Assembly (NCBI GenBank): GCA_003210095.1
Contig: QCNP01000003.1
Span: forward strand, 3,503 to 67,502
Source of the DNA: Pelagibacteraceae bacterium AG-426-E17
GTDB lineage: Bacteria > Pseudomonadota > Alphaproteobacteria > Pelagibacterales > Pelagibacteraceae
Reading direction: 5' to 3'
DNA length: 64,000 bases
Positions 49,436 to 60,208 of this stretch are shown piece by piece. The notes below the pieces were generated by a model, which was not told the DNA's origin, made no database searches, and saw only the letters and a list, made by a program, of their open reading frames with translations. The first letter of the stretch is position 1. Each line of letters begins with the position of its first letter. The position numbers were made by a program, and so were the translations under genes.

Positions 49436-50325
49436 TTTTCTTCTTTAATTAAAGTTTTTTGTGAAACTCTTAGAAATATTAAAATTGGATTTGCTATATA
49501 TATTGATGAGTAAGTTCCTAAAATTACCCCTAGAATCATTGCAAAAGAAAAGCCTTTTAAAATTTCTCCACCAAATAAAAAGATAGAGAATAAAGCTAAT
49601 AGGGTTGTTACGGATGTAATCAATGTTCGTGATAAAGTTTCATTTATCGATAGATTAGTTAATTCATCAATTTGAATTTTTGAATATTTTTTTAAGTTCT
49701 CCCTAACCCTATCAAATATTACAACAGTATCATTCATAGAATATCCAACTATTGTCAAAACAGCAGCTACTATAGAGAGATTGATTTCTAAATTTAATGC
49801 AGAAAAAATTCCTAATGTAATTAAAACATCGTGAAAAATTGCAATGATAGCACCTAAACTAAATTGCCATTCAAATCTAAACCAAATGTATATAAGCATT
49901 GCCGACAGTGCTATGGCTATAGCTAAGATACCATCTAACAAAAGTTCGGAACTAACTTTTGGACCTACATTTTCAACTCTTCTAAACGTATAATCTTCAA
50001 GATAAATATTTAAATCCTTTTTTAAATTTTGGATAAAATTTGGATTATTTAAATCTGATCTTTTAAATTTAACAATATAGTCAGTGTCATTACCAAATTT
50101 TTTTACAGTCAGATCTTCTAAATTTAATTTATTAAATGCGTTTCTCACATCTTGTGTTTTTACATTTATATTATCTATACGTATCTCAATTAAAGTACCA
50201 CCCTTAAAATCAACACCAAAATTTAAACCTTTAAATAGTAAAAAAACAATTGAAATTACTGAAATAAGAATTGATATATAATTAAATACTTTATTATATT
50301 TATTAAATTCGTAGTTATTTTTCAT
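49432..50325 (-). CDS. secF: Protein translocase subunit SecF
   Basis: GVDFKGG, VGPKVSSEL, GYSMNDTVVIFDRVRE, GTYSSIYIA. Confidence 0.96.
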   Translation of the reverse strand: MKNNYEFNKYNKVFNYISILISVISIVFLLFKGLNFGVDFKGGTLIEIRIDNINVKTQDVRNAFNKLNLEDLTVKKFGNDTDYIVKFKRSDLNNPNFIQNLKKDLNIYLEDYTFRRVENVGPKVSSELLLDGILAIAIALSAMLIYIWFRFEWQFSLGAIIAIFHDVLITLGIFSALNLEINLSIVAAVLTIVGYSMNDTVVIFDRVRENLKKYSKIQIDELTNLSINETLSRTLITSVTTLLALFSIFLFGGEILKGFSFAMILGVILGTYSSIYIANPILIFLRVSQKTLIKEEN

Positions 50326-51872
50326 TAAATATTCATTTCTTTGTTTTTATTTGAAATTACATATGTGGCTGTAAGTAATCTTGCAATAAAATAGACTGTG
50401 AACAATGTTGTTAAAATACCTACAGACAAGGTAACAGAAAATCCTTTTACTGGGCCTGATCCAAATACAAATAATATAATCGCTGCAATTATAGTAGTTA
50501 TGTTAGCATCAATTATTGCTGTTTTTGAATTTAAATAACCATTATCAAAAGCAATCATTTTATTTTTTTCTTTTAAACATTCTTCTTTAATTCTCTCAAA
50601 TATTAAAACATTTGCATCTACAGCCATACCTACAGTTAAAATAATACCAGCTATTCCAGGTAAAGTGAGTGTTGCCTCAAAAATTGTGAGAATTCCAATT
50701 AACAAAAATATATTAAGTATTAGAGCTATATTAGATATTAATCCAAATAATCGATACTTGTATATCATATAAAAGAAAACCAAACTGAAACCAATTATTA
50801 AAGAGTATATTCCAGCTTTGATTGAGTCCTCTCCTAAATCAGGACCTACAGTTCTCTCCTCTATTATGTTAAGTGGGGCGGGTAATGCTCCAGATCGTAA
50901 TAATAAAGCTAGATCTGTAGCAGATTGAAAAGTAAATCCACCGGATATCTGTCCTGATCCACTTGCTATTATATCTCTAATAACTGGTGCACTTATAATT
51001 TTATTATCTAAAACAATAGCAAGTCTTTTGCCTATTCCATCTTTAGTAGCTTTACCAAATTTTTTTGCCCCTACTCTATCTAAAGTAAAACTGACAACGG
51101 TTTCATTATTAATATTGTCCATTTGTGGTTTAGCATCGACTAAATTATCACCACTTATTATTACTCTTTTACTAACATTTAATTCCTCTGTATCATCTAA
51201 AGTCATCAACTTATCAGTTCCAAAAGAAGCATCATTGCTGTTAGTAACAAATCTAAAGTCTAAATTTGCTGTCTTGCCTAAAAGATTTTTTATTCTATCA
51301 GGATTATCCAAGCCTGGAAGTTCAACTAAAATTCTATTTGAACCATTTTTTGCAATAGTTGGTTCATTAGTCCCGACTTCATCAATTCTTTTTCTAACAA
51401 TTTCGACAGCTTGATCTAATAAAGATCTATTAATCTCTACAATTCCATATTTAGAAAAAGCTACTAAAAAAATATTTTGATCTAACGAAATCTCAAATTG
51501 ATTAGCTTTGTAATTCTCATAATAAGGATTTATCTCATTATCTTCCATAAAAAGTGATATAATTTTTTCACTATCTTCACTATTGCTTTTAAAGGAAATT
51601 TTTTGGTTATTAATACTAAAGTCAAAAACTTTTATTTTTTTATTTTTATAAAAATTTTTAATTTGTAAGAGTTTTGTTTGTAAGTTTTTTTCAATTACTG
51701 GATTATTATCAACTTCCAATAATAAATAAGAACCTCCCTGGAGATCTAATCCTAAATTAATTTTTTTATTAATTAATGAGTTAGATTCTAATAAATTAGA
51801 AAAACATATATATGTTAAAAAAACAGTAAATAAAATTGTAGAAATTATTTTTAATTTCGAAAAATATAACAC
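50325..51872 (-). CDS. secD: Protein translocase subunit SecD
   Basis: LGLDLQGG, LRSGALPAPL, GMAVDANVLIFERIKE. Confidence 0.96.
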   Translation of the reverse strand: MLYFSKLKIISTILFTVFLTYICFSNLLESNSLINKKINLGLDLQGGSYLLLEVDNNPVIEKNLQTKLLQIKNFYKNKKIKVFDFSINNQKISFKSNSEDSEKIISLFMEDNEINPYYENYKANQFEISLDQNIFLVAFSKYGIVEINRSLLDQAVEIVRKRIDEVGTNEPTIAKNGSNRILVELPGLDNPDRIKNLLGKTANLDFRFVTNSNDASFGTDKLMTLDDTEELNVSKRVIISGDNLVDAKPQMDNINNETVVSFTLDRVGAKKFGKATKDGIGKRLAIVLDNKIISAPVIRDIIASGSGQISGGFTFQSATDLALLLRSGALPAPLNIIEERTVGPDLGEDSIKAGIYSLIIGFSLVFFYMIYKYRLFGLISNIALILNIFLLIGILTIFEATLTLPGIAGIILTVGMAVDANVLIFERIKEECLKEKNKMIAFDNGYLNSKTAIIDANITTIIAAIILFVFGSGPVKGFSVTLSVGILTTLFTVYFIARLLTATYVISNKNKEMNI

Positions 51873-51881
51873 AAAAATATA

Positions 51882-52166
51882 TTACTTTTTTGGTGGCTCG
51901 CTTTTTATCAAAGTTTGAATACCGGTTGATCTAACAACTTCAACTTTTACGTTTTCAGAAACAAGGACTTCAACCTTATCGTTATCTATAATTCTTTCAA
52001 TTTCACCAATAATTCCACCTGAAGTAATTACTTTGTCACCTCTTTTCAAGTTCTCAACCATGATTTTATGTTCTTTCACTTTTTTTTGTTGAGGACGAAT
52101 TAAAAAGAAATAAAAAATTATAAAAATTAAAATAAGAGGTATTAATTGTGCTATTCCTTCTGACAT
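51882..52166 (-). CDS. yajC: Preprotein translocase subunit YajC
   Basis: FYFFLIRPQQKK...GDKVITSGGIIG. Confidence 0.96.
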   Translation of the reverse strand: MSEGIAQLIPLILIFIIFYFFLIRPQQKKVKEHKIMVENLKRGDKVITSGGIIGEIERIIDNDKVEVLVSENVKVEVVRSTGIQTLIKSEPPKK

Positions 52167-52219
52167 AAAATTGTAATTTTATTTTTATACCATTAATATT
52201 ATTAAAACAACTCTTAAAT

Positions 52220-53473
52220 CTATGTCAAAAGTTCTAAATTTTTCATGTATGGTCTTAGTATTTCAGGTATACTAATATTTCCGTCTTCATTTTGATAATT
52301 TTCTAAAATTGCTATAAGTGTTCTACCAATAGCTAGACCGCTACCATTTAATGTCCCAAGAAATAATTTTTCATTATTTTTTGTTTTATATTTAGCTTTC
52401 ATTCTTCTTGCTTGAAAAGTCCCACAAGTAGAACAGCTTGAGATTTCTCTATATTTTTTTTCTGAAGGTAAATAAACCTCAATATCAAAAGTTTTTTGTG
52501 AACTAAAACCCATATCGCCTGTGCTTAAAGATACTATCCTATATGGTAATTTTAATTTATCTAATATTTTTGAAGCTGAATTAGTCATTCTATCTAATTC
52601 TTCGACACAATTTTCAGGTTCGACAATACTTACTAATTCGACCTTATGAAATTGGTGTTGTCTAATCATTCCTTTAGTATCTTTTCCGTAACTTCCAGCC
52701 TCTTTTCTAAAACAAGGCGTTGACGCTACAAATCTCATAGGTAAATCTTTAAAATTAACTATGTTTTCTCTAACCATATTTGTTAAAATAACTTCTGCTG
52801 TGGGTATTAAAAATTTTTTATCTGACTTTAAATCCATTTTTAGCTCAAATTGATCATTTTCAAATTTAGGTAGTTGACCAGTACCAAACATTGAATTTTC
52901 ATTAACTAGTAATGGTGGTGATATTTCCTTGTATCCATTTTCGTAAATATGAGTATCTAACATAAAATTGTTTAATGCTCTTTCTAATAAAGCTAGTTTA
53001 TCCTTCATGAAAACAAACCTACTTCCACTGGTTTTTGTTGCTAAATTAAAATCAAGCATGTTTAAATTTTCACCCAACACATAGTGTGGTTTTGGCTCGA
53101 AATTAAAACTTGGTATTGTACCAATTTTTTTTATTTCAACATTAGACTTATCATCTAGCCCAATAGGAACATCGTTTAATGCTATATTAGGTATATTTGA
53201 TAAAATTGAATTTAAATCATCATCAATTTTATTCTGATCATTATTCAATTTTTCAATTTCTGCAGATAGTTTTTTTGATTTTTCAAATAAAGATTTGTCG
53301 TTTGTTTTAGATATTTTTTTTTTTTCGGATTCTAAAGTTTCTTTTTTTTGTATTAAAGACCTATTAATTTTGTCTAATTCTAAAATTTTATTTAAATCGA
53401 TTTTAACATTTCTTTTTTTTATTTCTTTTTCAAATTCTGAAGGGTTATTTCTTATATATTTAATATCATGCAT
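52220..53473 (-). CDS. serS: Serine--tRNA ligase
   Basis: LIPTAEV, FRKEAG, RQHQFHKVE, EISSCS, TLNGSGLA. Confidence 0.97.
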   Translation of the reverse strand: MHDIKYIRNNPSEFEKEIKKRNVKIDLNKILELDKINRSLIQKKETLESEKKKISKTNDKSLFEKSKKLSAEIEKLNNDQNKIDDDLNSILSNIPNIALNDVPIGLDDKSNVEIKKIGTIPSFNFEPKPHYVLGENLNMLDFNLATKTSGSRFVFMKDKLALLERALNNFMLDTHIYENGYKEISPPLLVNENSMFGTGQLPKFENDQFELKMDLKSDKKFLIPTAEVILTNMVRENIVNFKDLPMRFVASTPCFRKEAGSYGKDTKGMIRQHQFHKVELVSIVEPENCVEELDRMTNSASKILDKLKLPYRIVSLSTGDMGFSSQKTFDIEVYLPSEKKYREISSCSTCGTFQARRMKAKYKTKNNEKLFLGTLNGSGLAIGRTLIAILENYQNEDGNISIPEILRPYMKNLELLT

Positions 53474-54227
53474 TTTTATTTATTTTTTTTTCAATCATTC
53501 TTACAGAAATTATAGATAATTCATATAATAATAGTAAAGGTAATGCTAAACCAATTTGCGTAATAGGATCAGGGGGAGTTAATATTGCTGCAAAAGCAAA
53601 AATAATTACCACAACATATTTGCGTCTCTCTCTTAAAAAAGTAGAGTCTATAAATCCTATTCTTGCTAAAAGGGATAGTACTACTGGTAATTGGAAACTC
53701 AAACCAAATGCAAATATTAATTTCATGATTAATGAGAGATATTCATTAACTTTTGCTTCAAGCTGAATTGGTAGAGATGTTGAAATACCACTTGTTTCAA
53801 ATGATAAAAAAAACTTTATAGCTAAAGGCATAATTAAATAATAAACAAGCATACCACCAAGTAAAAATAATATTGGAGTTAAGACTAAGTAAGGCATAAT
53901 CGCAGATTTTTCATGTTCATATAAACCTGGAGCAATAAATTTCCAAATTTGAATAAGAATGTAAGGAAATGTCAAAAAAAAAGCAGTAAAAAAAGATACT
54001 TTTAAATAAGTTAAAAAAGTTTCTTGCAAGGCTGTAAAAATTAATCTTCTTTCTATATCGCTATCTTTTACTGCTTCTGCGTAAGGTGAAACTAGAAAAC
54101 TATAAATTTCTTCTGAAAAAAAATAACAAAGTACAAATAAAAAAGTTAAAAAAATAAATGAATTAATAAGTCTCTTTCTTAACTCAGTAAGATGGCTAAT
54201 AAAACCTTCCTCTTTATTTGTCGTCAT
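53466..54227 (-). CDS. tatC: Twin-arginine translocase subunit TatC
   Basis: HLTELRKRL, FIAPGLY, FGLSFQLP, LTPPDPITQ. Confidence 0.96.
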   Translation of the reverse strand: MTTNKEEGFISHLTELRKRLINSFIFLTFLFVLCYFFSEEIYSFLVSPYAEAVKDSDIERRLIFTALQETFLTYLKVSFFTAFFLTFPYILIQIWKFIAPGLYEHEKSAIMPYLVLTPILFLLGGMLVYYLIMPLAIKFFLSFETSGISTSLPIQLEAKVNEYLSLIMKLIFAFGLSFQLPVVLSLLARIGFIDSTFLRERRKYVVVIIFAFAAILTPPDPITQIGLALPLLLLYELSIISVRMIEKKINKNA

Positions 54228-54447
54228 CTTTTTTAATTTCTTTATGATTATTATTGGTGTGATCGCTTAAATCAAAATTATTATTCTCTAGATTTGATAC
54301 TTCGTCCTGTAAATTATTTACATATCTTTTAACGGAACCAATCCAAGATCCAATCTTTTTAAGTACAATTGGAAAATCTTTAGGGCCTATAATTACTACC
54401 GCTAATCCCACTATAATTAAAAGCTCTAACCAGCCAATTTGTGGCAT
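54214..54447 (-). CDS. tatB: Twin-arginine translocase subunit TatB
   Basis: IGWLELLII...VIIGPKDFP. Confidence 0.92.
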   Translation of the reverse strand: MPQIGWLELLIIVGLAVVIIGPKDFPIVLKKIGSWIGSVKRYVNNLQDEVSNLENNNFDLSDHTNNNHKEIKKDDDK

Positions 54448-54449
54448 TT

Positions 54450-54659
54450 TTATTCTTTGTTTGAGGAGTCTTGATTGTTATTTTGATTGTTATCCGATAT
54501 ATTTTTGGATTGATCTTCTGTTGGATCAGTTGCCATCCCTTTTTTAAAACTCTTAATACCTTTGGCCACATCACCCATTAGGCTAGATATTTTTCCTCTA
54601 CCAAATAAAAGAACGACTAAAATTACAACTATTGCTATTTGCCAAAAACCTATGCTCAT
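54450..54659 (-). CDS. tatA: Twin-arginine translocase subunit TatA
   Basis: [26 protein letters not shown]. Confidence 0.95.
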   Translation of the reverse strand: MSIGFWQIAIVVILVVLLFGRGKISSLMGDVAKGIKSFKKGMATDPTEDQSKNISDNNQNNNQDSSNKE

Positions 54660-54701
54660 AATTATTTATAACCTCTTTATTTAAATTTTAAAAGTATAAT
54701 T

Positions 54702-55397
54702 TTACTTTGTATCATCATCTTTTAGTGTGCTATTAAGCATTTCGTCTATATCAGAATATATATTCTCTTTTTTTTCATCTTGTTTTTCTTGGTAAAATTT
54801 ACCTGTACCAAATATTGATGCATCAACAGAGGAACTATCAATTAAACCTGCAGAACTTAGTTCGTCGACTGTTGGTAAATCTGACAATTTCTGAAGATTA
54901 AAATGACTTAAAAAATCTTCAGTTGTACCGTATTGTATAGGCTTACCTGGTACCTCTTTTCTACCCATCGGTTTTACCCAGTTAAGTTCCATGAGAATAT
55001 CCAAAGTATTAGTTCCAAACGCCACGCCTCTAATTTCCTCTATTTCTGCTCTAGTTACAGGTTGGTGATAAACAATTATCGATAATGTTTCTATTGCAGC
55101 TTTAGAGAGTTTTTTTTCAACACTCTTCTGACTAGACATCAAAGATGATAAATTTGATGCAGTTCTAAATGACCATTTATTCGATATACAGACTAAATTA
55201 AAACCACGATTTTCATAAATATTTTGAAGTTTTTTTAAAATTTTATTTATATCAATTTTTTTAGATACTCTCTGTTCAATAGTATCTACATCTAAGGGCT
55301 CAGCAGCTGCAAAAATAATAGCCTCTACCTCTCTCTCACCATTAGATAATTTATCAGGAAATGAAATTATGTTATTTTTTTTCTTTTCGTTATTCAT
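54702..55397 (-). CDS. scpB: SMC-Scp complex subunit ScpB
   Basis: EVEAIIFAA, LSKAAIETL, QPVTRAEIEEIRGV, YGTTEDFL. Confidence 0.95.
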   Translation of the reverse strand: MNNEKKKNNIISFPDKLSNGEREVEAIIFAAAEPLDVDTIEQRVSKKIDINKILKKLQNIYENRGFNLVCISNKWSFRTASNLSSLMSSQKSVEKKLSKAAIETLSIIVYHQPVTRAEIEEIRGVAFGTNTLDILMELNWVKPMGRKEVPGKPIQYGTTEDFLSHFNLQKLSDLPTVDELSSAGLIDSSSVDASIFGTGKFYQEKQDEKKENIYSDIDEMLNSTLKDDDTK

Positions 55398-56122
55398 TTA
55401 TGTTTTATTAAAATATCGTCAAAAAGTTTTTCTTGTTTGATTATAATTAGGCCTTCCTTTACTAGTTCTAATGAGCCTGCGAATAAACCGGCTTTGCATG
55501 TTTTTTTTAAATTAGAATTTTTATAATTTTTTGGAATTATTTCATCCAGGTTTTTCCAATTGCTTAATTTATCTAATAATTTTTTTATAAGATCAATACC
55601 TTCTTCAGTAGTAAAAACTGGCAACTTGGGTATGTTCATTCTCTGAAAATCTTTCTGCATAATAATACTGGAATACGTTTTTAAAACTTCATATAAAGAC
55701 AAAGAATATTTTGGACTATAAATTGAACGTATTTTTCCCTTTATGCCTCTTGTAAAAATGTCTTTTCCTAATCTCTTTCTTTTTAACATTTGTTCTGACA
55801 ATAATCTTATTAATTCAAGTTTCTTCAATTGAATTTTTAATTTTTCAGCAACTTCAAGAACTTTAAATTCATCATCTTCTGTAGATGGTAACAATAATTT
55901 AGATTTCAAATATGCTAACCAAGTAGCCATAACTAAATAGTCTGAAGCTATTTCTAAGTTCAAATTTTTAACTTTATTAATATAATTTAAGAATTGATCA
56001 GCAAGTAAAGTTATAGATATATTCTCTAAATTTACTTTTTGAGATTTTGCTAAATCTAATAACAAATCAAGAGGCCCATTAAACTGATCTAAGTTTACTT
56101 CAAATTTTCTATCAAGTTCCAT
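55394..56122 (-). CDS. scpA: SMC-Scp complex subunit ScpA
   Basis: FNGPLDLLLDL, DYLVMATWLAYLKSKLLLP. Confidence 0.95.
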   Translation of the reverse strand: MELDRKFEVNLDQFNGPLDLLLDLAKSQKVNLENISITLLADQFLNYINKVKNLNLEIASDYLVMATWLAYLKSKLLLPSTEDDEFKVLEVAEKLKIQLKKLELIRLLSEQMLKRKRLGKDIFTRGIKGKIRSIYSPKYSLSLYEVLKTYSSIIMQKDFQRMNIPKLPVFTTEEGIDLIKKLLDKLSNWKNLDEIIPKNYKNSNLKKTCKAGLFAGSLELVKEGLIIIKQEKLFDDILIKHK

Positions 56123-56127
56123 ATTTA

Positions 56128-57081
56128 TTAAGACACTAGCTTATAGTATTTTTTAGTTTTATTAATTACAAATTTATTTAGTTTAGGAGAATTCATAGCA
56201 ACAATTTTCATCTCTTTTAAATTTGCATTGCAATGCAAGACTATATCACAACCTGCGGTAAATGCCTTTTGCGTATTAATCTTCAGGTTGTAAGGTAATG
56301 CTTTCATTGAGATATCATCGGTAATTATTAGATCTGAAAATTTAATTTTACTTCGAATCACATTAATTAGTTTTTCAGAATGAGTAACTGTAAATTTTGA
56401 ATCGAAATCTTTAAACATTATATGGGCAGTCATTGCAAACAAACATTTCTTGTTTTTAAAAATTTTAAAATCGTTATTTAGAAGGAATTTTTTACTTTTT
56501 TTCACTACAGGCAATTTAAAATGTGAGTCTTTATATCCTAAGCCATGACCCGGGATATGCTTCATAACAGTTGCTATTTTATTTCTATGAAATCTTGCTA
56601 TAGTTTTTTTACCAAATAAATTTATTATGTTTACATTTTTTGAAAAAGATCTTGAGCCAATTACTTTTGAAGTTTTATCTCTTAATAAATCGAGAACAGG
56701 AACAGTATTAATTGTTATTCCTAGTTTTGTTAACAAGTAAGAAACTTGATCTATATAGTTATTGTAGCATATAATTGATTGTTTTCTTGATTTTTTATAA
56801 AATTCTCCAAAATAGTAAGCTGAAAAAATTTTTGAATCTAATATGTTCTTTAATCTGTCAACCTTTCCTCCCTCTTGATCTATTAAAATCGGATAATTTT
56901 TATCTTTAAAAATTTTTTTTATCGATTTGATTAAATTAAGTGTTTGGTCAAAAGATTTTATATTTCTTGAGAATAGTATTATACCCCAAGGTTTAAATCT
57001 TTTAATAAATTTTATTTCAGCCAAACTTAGTGATAAAGATTTTATTCCAATTATAAAAGCTTGCCTATGTTTAATCCTCAT
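56128..57081 (-). CDS. nagZ: Beta-N-acetylhexosaminidase NagZ
   Basis: ILFSRN, IDQEGG, KHIPGHG, DSH, TDDISM. Confidence 0.93.
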   Translation of the reverse strand: MRIKHRQAFIIGIKSLSLSLAEIKFIKRFKPWGIILFSRNIKSFDQTLNLIKSIKKIFKDKNYPILIDQEGGKVDRLKNILDSKIFSAYYFGEFYKKSRKQSIICYNNYIDQVSYLLTKLGITINTVPVLDLLRDKTSKVIGSRSFSKNVNIINLFGKKTIARFHRNKIATVMKHIPGHGLGYKDSHFKLPVVKKSKKFLLNNDFKIFKNKKCLFAMTAHIMFKDFDSKFTVTHSEKLINVIRSKIKFSDLIITDDISMKALPYNLKINTQKAFTAGCDIVLHCNANLKEMKIVAMNSPKLNKFVINKTKKYYKLVS

Positions 57082-57331
57082 TTTTTAACAAATTCCAAAA
57101 ATTAAATTTTTTTTTTTGATTTTTATTTTCATCTATAAAAAGTTTAATATTTTCAGTATTACTTTCTAAAAGAATCAAATTTTTTTTCTTTTCATTTATA
57201 ATCTCTTCCAAATTATTTATAGACCTAAAATATTTTTTTTCGTGTTTGTCGGAAATATAATATTTAAAGGTAACAAAAAAAAACAAAGAAATTATTAAAA
57301 AAAAAAATATGTATTTTATTTCTTTAAGCAT
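57071..57331 (-). CDS. Hypothetical single-pass membrane protein between argS and nagZ
   Basis: 86 aa; N-terminal TM helix; overlaps both neighbours. Confidence 0.7.
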   Translation of the reverse strand: MLKEIKYIFFFLIISLFFFVTFKYYISDKHEKKYFRSINNLEEIINEKKKNLILLESNTENIKLFIDENKNQKKKFNFWNLLKNED

Positions 57332-59052
57332 TACATCGACTCAGGTGTATCAACATCTAGTATTTTCATTCCAGTGCCTATTGTTTTTAAAACACTATTT
57401 AAGAGAACCGCTTTGTTTTTATTTAATTTTTTACTCTTATCTAAAAACCTCATAGACTCATTATCTTTTCCCATATTCCAATATGAATGAAATAAAGCTG
57501 ACAGTTGATATAAATAGATAGGTATTCTGTGTGGTTCTAGTTTTTGTGAGGATACCTCTACACATTTAGGCCATTCAGAAATTTTATTTATTATTTTTAT
57601 TTCCTCATCGTTAAATTCATAATTTTTTTCAACTTCAGTTAGGTCATTTTCTATTTTTTCATCAGCATTTTTAAAAACAGAACATATCCTTGCATAACAA
57701 TATTGAACATAATAAAGTGGGTTATCTTTTGATTTCTCTTTAACTTTCTCAAAATCAAACTCTAATTGGACATCATTACTTCTGCTCAACATTATAAAAC
57801 GAGTTGCATCTTTGCCTACCTCGTTGACTAAATCATCTACAATTATATAATCGCCTTTTCTTTTTGACATTTTGAAGGGTTTGCCGTCTTTAATCAATTT
57901 TACAAGCTGAGTAACTTTACAAATTAGATTTTTCTTTTTATTAGAGAGAGCATCTACGACAGAATTAATTCTTTTAATATAACCGGCATGGTCTGCGCCA
58001 AGAATATTTATGTATTCATCAAAATTTCTTTTTAATTTGTTGTTGTGATAAGCAATGTCACCAGCAAAATATGTCCAAGAATTATCACTTTTTGTCAAAG
58101 CTCTATCCTTATCATCACCATAATTTGTAGATTTAAAAAGTAGTTGCTCTCTTTCAACCCATTTAGACTTATCTTCACCTTCAGGGGCCTCTATCTTGCC
58201 TTTAAATACTAAATTGTTCTTTTTTAAATTATCTATAGCTTCATAAACTTCTTTTGAATTAATAATATTATTTTCACTTACAAAATTATCGTGAACAACA
58301 CCTAAAGAATTTAGATTTTTTTTTATTATTTCTAAAGAAGCAACAACACTCAATTTAGAGAGTTCATCTGAAATTTTTTCATAATTTTCATAATTCTTAA
58401 TAGAATTTTTACTAATAATTTGTTCTGCTATTTCAATTATGTAATCTCCTGGATATAAATTTTCATCATTAGGGTATTCTTCGTTAAATAATTTTTCCTT
58501 AATTCTAAAGTATACAGATAAAGAAAAGTTTTTGATCTGATTACCGTGATCGTTAACATAATATTCTTTAGTAACTTTATGATCACAAAATTTTAAAAGA
58601 TTGCACAAAGCATCTCCATATATAGCACCACGACAATGACCTACATGTAAGGGGCCAGTTGGATTAGCAGAAACAAATTCCAGTAAATAATTTTTTTTAT
58701 CATTTTTAAGACTTGCTCCGTATTTTTGATCATTGAGCATTTTTGTTAAAAAAGTATTCCAAAATTTCTTAACAAATTTTATATTAACAAAACCTGGTTT
58801 AACAAACTCAATATTTTCAATATCTTTATCATTTTTTAAATCATCTAAATTAAGTTGTTTGTAAATCTCAGTTGGGGGCAATTTATTTAACGAGGAAAGA
58901 ACCATACAGACATTTGTTGATATATCAGCTTTAAATTTTGCAGGAGCTGTATCCACGTTAATACCCGATAAATTTTGAGGAATTTTTAAATTAGCAGAAT
59001 TATTAGTAACTATATTTTTAATTTTGTTAAGATAAATATCGAAAATGTTCAT
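57331..59052 (-). CDS. argS: Arginine--tRNA ligase
   Basis: FVSANPTGPLHVGH, GADHAGY, KMSKR, YVQYCYAR. Confidence 0.97.
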   Translation of the reverse strand: MNIFDIYLNKIKNIVTNNSANLKIPQNLSGINVDTAPAKFKADISTNVCMVLSSLNKLPPTEIYKQLNLDDLKNDKDIENIEFVKPGFVNIKFVKKFWNTFLTKMLNDQKYGASLKNDKKNYLLEFVSANPTGPLHVGHCRGAIYGDALCNLLKFCDHKVTKEYYVNDHGNQIKNFSLSVYFRIKEKLFNEEYPNDENLYPGDYIIEIAEQIISKNSIKNYENYEKISDELSKLSVVASLEIIKKNLNSLGVVHDNFVSENNIINSKEVYEAIDNLKKNNLVFKGKIEAPEGEDKSKWVEREQLLFKSTNYGDDKDRALTKSDNSWTYFAGDIAYHNNKLKRNFDEYINILGADHAGYIKRINSVVDALSNKKKNLICKVTQLVKLIKDGKPFKMSKRKGDYIIVDDLVNEVGKDATRFIMLSRSNDVQLEFDFEKVKEKSKDNPLYYVQYCYARICSVFKNADEKIENDLTEVEKNYEFNDEEIKIINKISEWPKCVEVSSQKLEPHRIPIYLYQLSALFHSYWNMGKDNESMRFLDKSKKLNKNKAVLLNSVLKTIGTGMKILDVDTPESM

Positions 59053-60158
59053 TTTAAATTATTGTAAAGGTTTATAGCATATCTGTCTGTCATTCCTGAA
59101 ATAAAATCAGAAACAGATCTAAACTTATCCTTATTTATTTTTTGGTTTTTAATAAACTTTTTTGGATTTTTACAGATATAAGCAAATAAATATTTTATAA
59201 TTTTTTGGCCTTTAGTATTTTTAGATAATACTTTTTTATTATTATACATTTTAAATCTTAAAAATTTTTTAATTTCACTATCGATTTGTTGAAAATTTTC
59301 AGAAAAATTTATTATTTTAGAATTATTTTTTTTGATATCTCTTAAATTTTTAATTTTATGTTTCTTAAGATTTTTTTTACTGTTAGAAATAATATCTTTT
59401 ACCATTAAATCTATTGAATCTCTTATTATTTGATAAATCAAAATTTTATTTTTTTTAACATTTTTATATCTTTTAAAAATTTCTTTAAAAAAATCGATTT
59501 CTAAAATTTCCTCAAGTTTAAATAGATTTGCGTTTAATCCGTCTTGGATATCATGATTATTATAAGCTATATCATCAGAGATATTTGAAATTTGTGACTC
59601 TAAAGATGAATATTGATTAAAATTAAATTTATTTTTTAAATTTTTAATACCTATTATATTATTTACTCTACTAACATTTAATATAGGTCCATTATGTTTT
59701 AATAAACCGTCTAAAGTTTCAAATGTTAAATTAAGACCTTTAAATTTTAAATATTTATTCTCAAGAAACATTACAATTCTTAAAGTTTGAAGGTTATGAT
59801 CAAAACCTCCGTAATTAATCATGCATTCTTTTAGGCTATTTTCTCCAGCATGACCAAATGGTGTATGACCAAGATCATGAGCAAGACTTAGTGTTTCGGC
59901 AAGATCATCATTTAATTTCAAATACTTTGCAATTGATCTTGCTATCTGTGAAACTTCAATTGAATGAGTGATTCTGGTTCTAAAGTGATCACCTTCTGTA
60001 TTAACAAAAACCTGTGTCTTATGCTTAAGTCTTCGAAAGGAGGCAGAGTGAATTATTCTATCTCTGTCTCTTTGAAATGGCGTTCTGTATGAGCTATTTT
60101 TCTCATTAAAAAATCTTCCAGATGACTTAAATTGTCCAAGTTTTTTGAAATTATTCAT
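59049..60158 (-). CDS. dgt: Deoxyguanosinetriphosphate triphosphohydrolase (HD family)
   Basis: RTPFQRDRDRI, RLKHKTQV, HDLGHTPFGHAGE, DDIAY. Confidence 0.92.
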   Translation of the reverse strand: MNNFKKLGQFKSSGRFFNEKNSSYRTPFQRDRDRIIHSASFRRLKHKTQVFVNTEGDHFRTRITHSIEVSQIARSIAKYLKLNDDLAETLSLAHDLGHTPFGHAGENSLKECMINYGGFDHNLQTLRIVMFLENKYLKFKGLNLTFETLDGLLKHNGPILNVSRVNNIIGIKNLKNKFNFNQYSSLESQISNISDDIAYNNHDIQDGLNANLFKLEEILEIDFFKEIFKRYKNVKKNKILIYQIIRDSIDLMVKDIISNSKKNLKKHKIKNLRDIKKNNSKIINFSENFQQIDSEIKKFLRFKMYNNKKVLSKNTKGQKIIKYLFAYICKNPKKFIKNQKINKDKFRSVSDFISGMTDRYAINLYNNLK

Positions 60159-60208
60159 ACTTTAAAAAAGGTAAATTATAATTATATTACTATTAACAGC
60201 CTTACGAG

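Noticed and set aside
59049-60158. dGTPase as an anti-phage defence gene
   Set aside because: It sits in the conserved housekeeping argS-dgt/erpA-xth context, not in a defence island.
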